From Octopus vulgaris (lineage: Eukaryota), in NCBI GenBank assembly GCA_951406725.2, contig OX597816.1:145142001-145206000 (forward strand): a DNA stretch of 64,000 bases, read 5' to 3'. Made by a program: the position numbers and the translations under genes. The number at the start of each line of letters is the position of its first letter. Within the stretch, counting starts at the first letter, position 1. A model generated the notes under the pieces. That model worked only from the letters and a program-made list of their open reading frames with translations, was not told the origin of the DNA and made no database searches. Shown piece after piece: positions 37,930 to 48,815 of the stretch.

Positions 37930-40900
37930 CATTTAGATCTCGCAGGTTTTCTGGCAAAATATTAAATAACAGTGGTCATTCAATCCCAGGTTTTTGTAGT
38001 ACATGGTCTTCACTCTAAACGGGATGGCTGGGATCTTTGGAATAGTGCAGTGTCGTCCAGTTCGGGGGCTGGTATTCTCGTTGCCAAACTTTGGTGCCAA
38101 CCCATCCAGGAAATTCCATACGCACATCACTGCATATTTCTTCCGTCTTTTCTTCAGAAAGTAGAATCGTAACTCTTTCACTTTCTCCCAGTATCTTAGC
38201 TCTTCCACTGATGATTTCTTCTTGGTGTAGCACCGCTGAACTGCTTTAAGTTCTGCCAGTATGTCGACAAACTGGGGTGATCAAAGTTGAGAGCACGTGC
38301 ACATTGCTGAGGACAAGTGTCCCTTGGTCCCTTGTTCTGAAAGTTTCTAGAATCCATCCGGCCATTTACATGTACATTGCTACCCTCTTGGTGATATGGA
38401 CGTGAAACATAGCATTGATGCTCATATCGATCCCGAGATCACGCATTGGACTTAACTCTGGGATTGCCGTTTCTTTTCGTCCAAAGCATCATTATTGCGG
38501 CATGTTAGAACTTGGAATCTCCCTGAATTAAACTGCATGTTGCTTTCTTAAGCCCATTTATATATGTCATCTAGGTCTCTCTGTAGAAGATTAGCATGGA
38601 AACATTCCTTGACTGCTCGACTTCTGATGGTATGTCTGAAAGTGCAGCCATAAACAGCAGCGGCCTCAAGACATTTTCCTTCGAAAGGGTCCCATTGCCT
38701 TCTACAGCCTCGCTTCTGTCTTTTAAGAAGGCATGTAACCACTCCCCCAGTTCTCCGACTATGCTGAGTCTCCGCAGTTTCTGACATATCATCCTATGAT
38801 CAACCTTTTCAAAAGCCTTTGCAAAATCAAGATCAAGATATGTCACATCAGCGTTTGAGCGATTCATTAGTTGCTTCAACACCCAATTATAATGCAGCAG
38901 AAGTTGTGTAAGCCAGCTTCTTCCTGAGTGGGAGCCATGCTGCGTGTCAGGGAATTATCTTATAGGAATGTGATCAGCTTCCTCCAGACAATGCACTCAA
39001 TGATTTTGCTGATATGTAAAATTAGAGGCCTATAATTTCTACCAATCGTTCAGCTACCTCCTTAATGGACAGAGCACATAATACCTCCTTTTAAGTTCTG
39101 ATAAATCTCCCATACGCAAGGGAGCTTTGGACACCGATTCGCAGTGGTCTTGTTAGAGACCCTTTGCATTTCTTTGGGAGGATCGTTGGGAATCTATCAG
39201 AGCCTGTGGATGAGATTATGCCCATTTCCTAAATGGCAAATATATTAATTTCATTGACTTCAATGTAATCAATAATTGCCATCTCTTCGCGTAGAGTGGT
39301 GATGCTGAAAGTCTGATCAGGCACGACTATTTGCAAATATCCCAACGGAGTTATGAAAAAACTTTCGTATTGCACATTCGGTATTTCCCATATCCTCTGA
39401 GGCTCTGCAGTCAGTGAGCCTGTCTTGTACTGTACAGACTAAGATACTTTTGCAAATCTGTAGAAGACTTTAGGGTTTGTATTCACATTTTTTACAGCCC
39501 CAGCTTCTTTTTCTGCGCTCTTCTTTTCATTGGAGTGTTTGAGTTCACTTTCCATCTCAAGCAATGTTTTTTTATTTTTAGATAAGATTCTTCGCTGTCT
39601 TTTAGTAGCCAATTTAGACGGTTTGAGATCTTTGTTTGTTGTCTCATAAGAATGTTCCTATCCCTGAGAATTATGCTTCTATTTTGGCTTCACAATCTTT
39701 CGGGAGCAAACTTACTGTATGCGTCATGCATGATTATCATAAAGTGCTGTACCTTTATGTCAACATCTTTCGTAAAGAGTCTTGTAGACCAAGTTTGTTT
39801 CATGACCTCTTTCTGAATACCCTTTCCAATTAGCTTTATGAAAGTTCAGGCTGGAGAGGAGTTGGATGCTTCTGTAGCCTGTATGTCTGCAGCTTTCTGT
39901 GGACCACACATCGTTAGCGTTATTAAGTTATGGTCAGAGAACATAGTCGATGTCATTTAACATTATGGATGAGCGCCGCGTTATTTGTGAAGTAGATGTT
40001 CATAGAATGTTTGCCGCTTGTGGGGTCAAGTATTATTTTCTCTATAAAAAGCATATTTGTGAGGTCGAACTCTGCTTGTCTCTGTTTAAGCAGCAACATA
40101 CCTGCGAGAAGGCGGCCCTTTGGTCATTCGACATTAGGGATATATGTAAAGGCTGTAATCTAGAGTGGTTAAAATAATACTTCTTCCATCTTTCTAAAAC
40201 TGTCTTCGAATGAGTGCCCAGGACTTTGAGCACCTGGTGAGGGATATATAGCACATATTACCTTTTGTTCTGTTTAATGTATACTTCTAGAGTGTCACAA
40301 ACTGAGGTTGAGTGTAACAGTAGAACAACAGGTGTGACATCCTCCCGGATGTACATTGTAACACCACCATGACAATTCCTTTACTCCTGCCAGTTCGAAA
40401 TGAAACATACTTTCGTATGTATATCGCAGCATCTGACACGTCAGCTTTACGATGTCTTTCTGTTAGAGAATATTGCTTGATTACATGTACCTAAATTTCC
40501 AGGGTATGGGGTTTTGTGTTGGTAAGATGTTGCAAGGCCCCTAACATTCAATAGGAATACTGGTGTGACAAAATGGGTATCGGTAATGTTCACTTTAATG
40601 ACATTTGTAGAGGCGTCGGAGGTGACTACTCTGGATTTTTTTGTTTTGTTTATTTTCAGCGGTATTGAGTGCTGGTATGTGTTTCTCAGACTCAATGTAT
40701 ATCTACAGCTAGTCTCAATCCGACCATGCCAAAGGCTGTTTGGGTTTTCATTTTTCCCAGGTTCTACTTCTTTTTGTTTTTACTCTCACCTTGATTCCAT
40801 GGTCATCATCAGCTTGCTTACTAGCTTGCTTCTGCCTTCATTGTTGATTTACTTAGATTTTGTTTTTGCTGGTGGACTTCTGCTTTGCTGTTGTTCTACT

Positions 40901-41230
40901 TGAGCTCATAGTTGTCGAGAGTTATGATGTCTGTTTTGTGTCCCCTATCATAGCATATGCCTGACCTTCCTCGGATTCTGTTGAGTCACTGACTTCTTTT
41001 TCGCCTTTTTGTGTTTTACCCTTCGCTTTGAATATGTTGTTTAATAACACAATGTGCAGTTTAATCAAAGCATACGAACGAATGAATTCGTTCTTTTTCC
41101 TTTCGATTTGTGTTATGGTCCAGTGAAAACCAAAGCTCTCCTGGGTTTCTGCAAATATATATTTTGGTGGTGTTCCTTCTGCTAATTTCCATATAAGGAA
41201 CATCGTTTTTTTCTTCTTGAAACTACCAGT
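37930..41230 (-). mobile_element. Decayed CR1/L2-like LINE (APE + RT); boundaries approximate
   Basis: LLNVRGL and HGGVTMYI (APE); YLDLDFAKAFEKVDH..ICQKL...GELGEWLHAFL (RT); LRYWEKVKELRFY..KRRKKY...W...G..P...RTGRHC (C-terminus); many stops and frameshifts. Confidence 0.82.
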
Positions 41231-41352
41231 TTATTTGTATTTAAAAGGAGATGCTGTCGTTGGTGTAGTTGGTTTTGCAGGGGTCAATAATGCTGAGATA
41301 GGAAGTAAGAGAGGTCAGAAAGAAGTAGAGATAGATATGTAGAGAAAGGGAG

Positions 41353-41357
<5 letters not shown>

Positions 41358-41403
<46 letters not shown>
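41358..41403. repeat. (GA)n microsatellite followed by a purine-rich tract
   Basis: Read directly. Confidence 0.95.
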
Positions 41404-41408
<5 letters not shown>

Positions 41409-42635
41409 GACATGTAAAAGTAGTCAACAAAATCAGAGAAAGGAGTCATAAACGTAGATAGAGATGACGGGACAGAGAGAGAAAAACGAAGTTAAGAGAG
41501 AAGGACGTAGAGGTAATCAGGAAAATAGAGAGAGGTGAGAGAAAAAGAAAGCAAAGAGAGAAGGTGATGGAGAGAGAGAGATGGATGTAAATGGAAATGC
41601 AGAGACAGAGAGCGAAAACTGTGGAGATAAAAGGAACAGATAAATCACATTAAGAGAAATGGAGAGATAGAAGGAACGATATCGATAAATAGAAATCATT
41701 GAAGATATACATGAGCATCTGTAAGAAAGAGATAGAAAGGAGCAGAAGAGGAGACAAGAAAAACTGAAATAGGTAGATGAATAGATCGATGTAAATGTAA
41801 ATAGAGATACAGACACAACTCAAAGACAACGATAAAAATTCAATCTGACACCAGGCACATGATAATAAAAATAAAAATTGTCAGCATGCACCGAGGAAGC
41901 CAGGAAAAGGAGAGAATAATAAACTTATGTTGAGACTGGTCAGATAAAAAGAAAATAAAATTCTCCACGGTTTGACATGTTCTTACCTAGAATGAATGAT
42001 TTCACCTACGTGATTCGTTATAGAAATTGTAAGCTAACCTGAGGTTCCAGAAAATTTTGAATTTGATGTTTTAGGAATCTACAAAATTGCATACAAACAT
42101 TTGGCTTATACAAGTTGGAATCTTAACGACCGGAATTTCTCAGAAAAAGTACAGTCAAATGCAAATATCAATCTATATTTTACGCAACCCGTGGTTCACA
42201 GTGGGAAAATTCTTTATAACTGCGTAGCAATTCATTGACTGAAAGATAGTTTATATTATGGTATACTGGCAGTAATGTATTTCAAACAGAGGCCACCTGG
42301 ATTTCAGTTTAAATAGAACTGCTTGCAATTTTTCGAGGTTTTCCAGGAGCTTGATTTCACACACTTAATAAGTAGGCGTCTCATTAGTATATATAAATAT
42401 ATATAGTTGCTATTATGTTAAACTTTCGTATGTCCAAATTTGGTCAAATGCGCTTTTTTCAATATTTCTTTTTGCTTGCAGTAGCCGGTTCCTTTTGGCA
42501 AACTATCATATCTCCAGCTGCTTCAGATGCCAAGACATCAAAAACTGTCAAAATGTAGTACAACAGTTTTGCTCGATTCTTTCATTTTCTGAAAAAGCAA
42601 CGTTTTCGACTAAAGACACTTTTGCATAATAGCAA

Positions 42636-42679
<44 letters not shown>

Positions 42680-42718
42680 TAATCAAAATAAAAATATGAA
42701 CATGATGCCAAGGATTCA

Positions 42719-42796
42719 GCGGTACATATGTTTCGGGCCTTTATTAGACAGATTTATAACAATGCATAATGTGTGTCTATGGCCTTCTTCAGCCGC
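42719..42796 (-). ncRNA. Minimal type I hammerhead ribozyme (left arm)
   Basis: Minus strand: stem I GCGG / CUGAAGA / stem II A-GGCC...GGCC-C / GAAA / stem III AC-AUAU-GU / cleavage GUA / stem I' CCGC. Position 10.1-11.1 is an A-C mismatch. Confidence 0.75.
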
Positions 42797-43178
42797 GCAC
42801 AATCACTACCTCAAGGACATGTATTACATCAAAAATTCTACGTTGGGGATGCAAATCCTCTCAGTCGCGTCCTGAACTTTCACATTTTTATATTTTTTTA
42901 TCCTTCGTCCTGAACTCTCGCCCCTCCATCTTTATCCCTATTTACTCTTATTACCAGGTTCCTTCACGTCTGTCTGTATTTATATATGTATATATTTATT
43001 TATTCATTTATTTATATTACCTCAACATCCAAGCTTCCTCATTCTACATTGAGAGAAGGACGCGATGGACGCTTCATTTTTGTGCTGGTACCGCATTATG
43101 TCGTACGCAACTGAGAGGATTTGCATCCCCAACGTAGAATTTTTGATGCAATACATGTCCTTGAGGTAGTGATTGTGC

Positions 43179-43256
43179 GCGGCTGAAGAAGGACATAGAC
43201 ACACATTATGCATTGTTATAAATCCGTCTAATAAAGGCCCGAAACATATGTACCGC
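43179..43256 (+). ncRNA. Minimal type I hammerhead ribozyme (right arm)
   Basis: gcgg-ctgaaga-aggac...ggccc-gaaa-catatgta-ccgc; same fold with one stem II substitution (GGAC). Confidence 0.7.
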
Positions 43257-43366
43257 TGAATCCTTGGCATCATGTTTTTATTTTTATTTTTATTAATTTA
43301 CTCCACCACCTACACCACCAAACGGTATATACAGGTGCTTACAATTATCAAGTACTCACCCTGAAT

Positions 43367-43371
<5 letters not shown>

Positions 43372-43442
<71 letters not shown>
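43372..43442. repeat. (TA)n microsatellite
   Basis: Read directly. Confidence 0.97.
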
Positions 43443-43444
<2 letters not shown>

Positions 43445-43743
43445 TTGCTAAAAAAATAATAATAAATAAATAAATGAATGAATTAATAAACAAAATAATA
43501 TATAAATATAAAAACATACATACATATATATATATATATATTTGTATGCATATATTTAAAATTTATAAGTTTAAATTATTTTGATAATTTTTAAATTTTT
43601 AACTTTTATATTTTTAAATTAATTTTATGTATTAGCTTATGTTTTTCACTGTTTGATTTGTCTAACAGTGGTTTATTCTCTAATTTAATATATAATATTA
43701 TTTATATATATATATATATTTGAAAATGTATGCGTGACGTTCA

Positions 43744-43812
<69 letters not shown>

Positions 43813-43917
43813 GTATATATAAATATATATTTATATGCACATACAAACATACATATGTATATACATATGTATATACATATGTATATACATATGTATATAC
43901 ATATGTATATGCATATA

Positions 43918-44318
43918 TGGGTGCAGGAAGTCACATAACGTAAACAACATGAATTACAAAGACAAACTTGGGTATGCGAACAACGAAAGAAACAAATGGA
44001 AAACAAGACAAGTAACATAAAGAACGACCCTTCATCAGTCGTCGGCTGTCCATCTACTTCTCATTTTGAGCAATTAACGACAATATGAGGCTTCAAAGGC
44101 AGTCGCTCCCACGTACAAAAATAAAATTCGAGATTTGCGGAGGGTGAAAGTTGGTAACAAAAACAGGACAGTGAAGACATACAACAAACCAAACGAAAGC
44201 AAACATGGAGGGCTGTTGGGCCAGATGAGGTAAGGTCTTCTCTTCTATCTTTTCTCTTGTCAAAGACAATATTCCTCCAGCGCTCGCTACCTTACCTTAT
44301 ATAAAAATACCATTTTAT
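43918..44318 (-). mobile_element. TA-flanked dispersed repeat carrying a partial hammerhead-like CTGATGA motif, probably PLE-associated
   Basis: Minus strand gacga-CTGATGA-aggg at about 44029-44043; block bounded by TA-rich arrays. PLE link is inferred. Confidence 0.4.
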
Positions 44319-44321
44319 ATA

Positions 44322-44357
<36 letters not shown>

Positions 44358-45164
44358 TGTATGTATGTATGTATGTATGTATGTATGTATTTATGCATGT
44401 ATGTATGTATGCAAGTGTGTAGGGCAAAACGGTCGATAGAAAAGTGAGGTTCGCTAAGGTTGTAAAGGATAAGACTAGAAAAAGAAACGCCTAGGAAACA
44501 AATGGTGGTGTCGGAGTTAGAAGTGAATCCCTATGCAATACCAAAGGAAAATGAAGGAGTTCAGAGCTGCGCCGTTGTCCATTATCTGTGTTTAATTGGA
44601 ATTAACTTGGAGTAAACACTGTACATAAAACCCTTTGTAATTCATTCTGAATGCACGTATGCAAGTAGTTCTCGGCTTCATGAATCAACATTTTTTCCGT
44701 TCGTTATCGTTGTTAGTAAAAAGAATTAACGAATGCCCTGTAAACAATATTATTCAAGGGGATTACTGACATAAATAATCATCCCATACTAGTTATATCT
44801 ATAGAGATTAACAATAAATGAATGATGATTAACAATAAATAAATGAATGATTTCGTTTGAGCAGTGCGATTTATAAATCTGCATAAATCCCATCATTTGG
44901 TTTCTAAATTGGGTATTTTCACATTGCCGTAGTTACCTTATCGTGCTGGAATAGCTACCTGTTATTTTGGGCAATAAACATAGAAATAGCTGGTGTCATA
45001 GTCAGTTGATAGGGAAATCTACCTTTCACCCCAGTCATACTTAGGAAAATAGAGTTAAGATTAGACACTGAATAATGTACGGGTAATATATTTCAGGAAG
45101 TTAGTAACTTGTCCATAAAAATGCCGTAAGATCGCCAGCAGCAATAGCAGGAATAGTAGTTGTA

Positions 45165-45170
45165 GTAGTG

Positions 45171-45237
<67 letters not shown>

Positions 45238-45246
45238 TAGTAGTAT

Positions 45247-45298
<52 letters not shown>
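45165..45298. repeat. (GTA)n microsatellite
   Basis: Read directly. Confidence 0.97.
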
Positions 45299-46889
45299 TT
45301 TTGTTGTTGCTGTTGCTTAGTTTTTGTGAGAGTAGCAAACCTGCGAAAATAGTAATAACGCTATTAATAATAGTAAAAGCAGACCCTCTTTACAAATATT
45401 ATTGATTTTTTATTTCAGGATAGTTTGGAGACATCATTACGCTACGAAAATATGCTATTGCGTGAGACTTCAAGAAAAATATTTTTCGCTGAAATCATCT
45501 ACATATCTGAGTGTCTTTATTTTTTCCTGCATGCATGTAAGTTTATTTGTTTGACTTTTTATCCCCCGAATTTCTCATAGATATTCTTTAAAGTAAGACT
45601 GATTTGACAGAATAATGGATCGCTCTGGGAGTGGAATATATTTGAGCGGCAGTCATATTGCAATTCAATTGCACTATAGCGGGAGGTTGGGTGTTTCGAT
45701 AGTTTTTATTCCTTCCCACCAAAGAAGAATATTCAAGATAATTGTAGAGGAAGAGCCAAGATAGATAAAGGGACAGAAAAAAAGGAATACAATTATATGA
45801 ACAGAGTTAGAGAAGAGAGAAACGAAAAGAGTAAAAACAGAATGATGGAGGGTGAAAGAAAGAGAGCTAATTGGCAGAAAATGTTAATGGTTTCCAATGG
45901 GTGTATTTTTGTGTGCCAGGAATGCATTAAAGGCAATTGCAAATAACAAGAGAAAGAATAATACAACAACAAGAATACAGTCACAGCAGCAGTAATAATA
46001 TTGACAAATGTAGGCATGAAACATCATACAGAGAAAATGGATAAAAAAGAAAAGAAAAGAAAAAAACAAACTACTGCAATAACAATGATAAGTACAACAA
46101 TAACAACGCCGCCAACAGCAATAACAATACCAACAACGATCATAGTATTCTTGTTTTCGCTTTCCCAACACTTGAATAATAAAATAATACATAAAAAAAA
46201 ACATTACATGTAGAGAGAAAACATCGGGACCTGACAATGATTACGAAACATATAGATGTGAAATATGCTGTTTATACATGGAAAATATAAACAGAAGTTC
46301 ACAGTTAGATATAGACATACACGCATACTTATATCTACGTATATGAATGCGTGTGGGTGTGCGAATTATATGCATACTTATACACACACACACCGGCACA
46401 AACACACACGCACTCACACACACGCATGTAGGGTAGGATTAAGGGATTAAGTATATGAAACCCCCAAGAAAACACAGAAGAGTGTTTGGGGAAGGTAGAA
46501 AAAGAACCTGTTGAGATTAACGCCAGCAATTGTACAAAGCTGTAAATAATCTGAAGGTATTGCATGATTAAATCATCAAAGTAGAACTGAAGATAAAATA
46601 TCAATAAGAGTGTATGAGGTGTGCACACATACATGTCTATATGTGTGTGTGAATATGTGTGCTCGCGTGTGAGCCAGAGTGTGTATACATATGGTATCTA
46701 CACACAAGAAATAGTGCGTTTTTTTTGTACATATAAATATATAATCTACTTTATATATTGAATATTCTTTCCCTCCCTTTGTACACAAGAAACCTATTCA
46801 TCTCCACCATGCACACATACATATACCCACATATAATACTCTAACATGTTTTTCCGTCAGTTACCTTCCGTATACTAATACTAACGCAA

Positions 46890-46956
46890 ATGTGTGTGTG
46901 TGTTTGCGAGCGTGTGTGTTGTGTGTGTGTGTGTATATATATGTGTGTGTGTGTGT

Positions 46957-47011
<55 letters not shown>

Positions 47012-47014
47012 TGT
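46890..47014. repeat. (TG)n microsatellite
   Basis: Read directly. Confidence 0.97.
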
Positions 47015-47715
47015 AATTTTAAAACTCTAAAGAAGAATATGAAAATGGAAACTTTGTCTTCCTAGAAAATTTATATGAATCTAAAGATGCAGTCTTCGTA
47101 TAGAATATTTCGGCTCGTATTAGCCATCACATTTATATAAAACTTAGGTTTTCTCAGTTTTCTAAACTGTACTATCCTTTCATATGATGTTCTTGCGTCA
47201 AATAATGAATCTCATTTACACAGGTAGTTTAGCTTGTGCGTGTTTAGGTAATATAATAAAATAACTGTTCATCTACCGCAGAAATGCAACAAATATATAC
47301 AATTGTTTCACCTTTCATATTCTGTGTTACTTCTGGAGTTATTGTAACGGCAAATAGGCAGCTCCGACATTTCAAAACAGCCCTGTTATATATAAAAATA
47401 ATGTTTGTCGGTCAAAACTAACTCATCGTTTTCTCGGACAATGCATATGCACGACTATATCATCCAATGAATAGCTCGTATTTCAATACTCGACTGTGAT
47501 TTGCAAGCCATGTAGATGATCATTCATCGTTACGTTTATCAACAGGTAATCAATACCATTCGTCGAAGAAGCTTAGAATAAATAGTTTAAATCAAGCCCT
47601 GAGGAAACAGCGTATATCATCTTATATCTTATTCCAGTTGTTAGTCAATTATTTTTCATCTCTTCCACACACACAAGCATGTACATGCGCATACATATTA
47701 CATGCAAGATATATA

Positions 47716-48255
47716 TATGGTGGCTGCCTCCTCGTTATCGAGTATGGCCATTGCACGAAGCTTAATCAATGTTGTTATCGTGCAATGCCTGTGCAAGATG
47801 ATTTTTTTTTAAAGTGAGGAAAGGGTGTGCACTGAGTCAATCTCACTCACTAAGCAACAGCAGCCATAATCCGAAAAGAACAAGTCAACATCATCGGTAA
47901 CCACTGAGCCGCAGGTTTTATGTCGGAGTTATCCCAGTTATCTGAGTTACCTTCTCTTAGAAGCATGCCCTAACAAAGGCTAGGAGTCCTTCACTCCCAA
48001 TGGTTTAACCGCGCGATCGGGTATTCAGTCCGATTATTTCTATGTCCCCGCGCATGATACAGCCTTAAGACATTTATTGGATGACCGTTGACTCTCAAGA
48101 GTTCCTCCGCCCTTTGACGGGTTTTGTTTTTCATCCCGCCGGGTGTCCAATAAACACCCTCCTCACCTTGCCGGTTTAGTCGCCGACGACTCGACCATGC
48201 AGTAGGTTGTACTGGGTTACATGTTACCAGTAGCACTCGAAAGTGACCTGCAAGA
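47716..48255 (-). mobile_element. Probable RTE-type 5'UTR/5'-end fragment between (TA)n runs
   Basis: GC-richer block; minus strand has ggtgaggagggtg...gaaaaacaaaacccgtcaaagggcgga...agaaggtaactc..., resembling RTE 5'UTRs from recall; several hairpins at its 5' end. Confidence 0.5.
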
Positions 48256-48281
48256 TATATATATATACAAACATACATACA

Positions 48282-48323
<42 letters not shown>

Positions 48324-48334
48324 GATACATAGAT

Positions 48335-48373
<39 letters not shown>

Positions 48374-48604
48374 GTGAGTTAAAAACATATAATAAATACA
48401 TAAATGCACACATGGTTACCAACACTCCATCAGTAATCGGCCAGGAGGTCAATCGCAATTTCGCGCTTAAGCGATAATATTGAATACCATATTCCCGGCA
48501 ATTGGTGAGCCAAACAAAAAAAAAAACAAGAAGCAAGACAGAAAACGTACAGACAAGAATGCGATACAGATAGTTAACATACACATGTGGAATAAATGTA
48601 ATCC

Positions 48605-48660
48605 AAAAGAAGACAATTAGTTGTCAAGTGATGGCAGGGGGACAAACAAAGACACGAAGA

Positions 48661-48709
<49 letters not shown>

Positions 48710-48815
48710 ACACACACACAAACACACACATACATATATATATATATACACGACGTCTACCAAATCCACTTACAAAGCTTTGGTCGGCCCGAGGCTATAG
48801 CAGAAGATACTTGGG
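48605..48815 (+). mobile_element. SINE-like repeat with internal (CA)n, family S2 (partial)
   Basis: gttgtcaag.gatgg..ggggacaaac-(CA)n-cgac..ctaccaaatccact.acaaagctttggtcggcccgaggctatag; homologous to 53985-54345. Confidence 0.7.

Larger units (their letters stand above)
42676..43300. mobile_element. Non-autonomous PLE-derived inverted-repeat unit (arms 42676-42870 and 43105-43300, 234-bp spacer) flanked by (TA)n
   Basis: The arms are reverse complements over about 195 bp with few differences; each contains a hammerhead core. Confidence 0.85.

Noticed and set aside
45419-45536. Candidate 118-nt exon with good acceptor and donor
   Set aside because: Two frames are open, neither is recognisable, and it cannot be chained to other exons.
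47560-47620. Hammerhead-like gtcgaagaagctt...aagc...gaaacagcgta
   Set aside because: No CUGA, extra bases before GAAA and no stem I.
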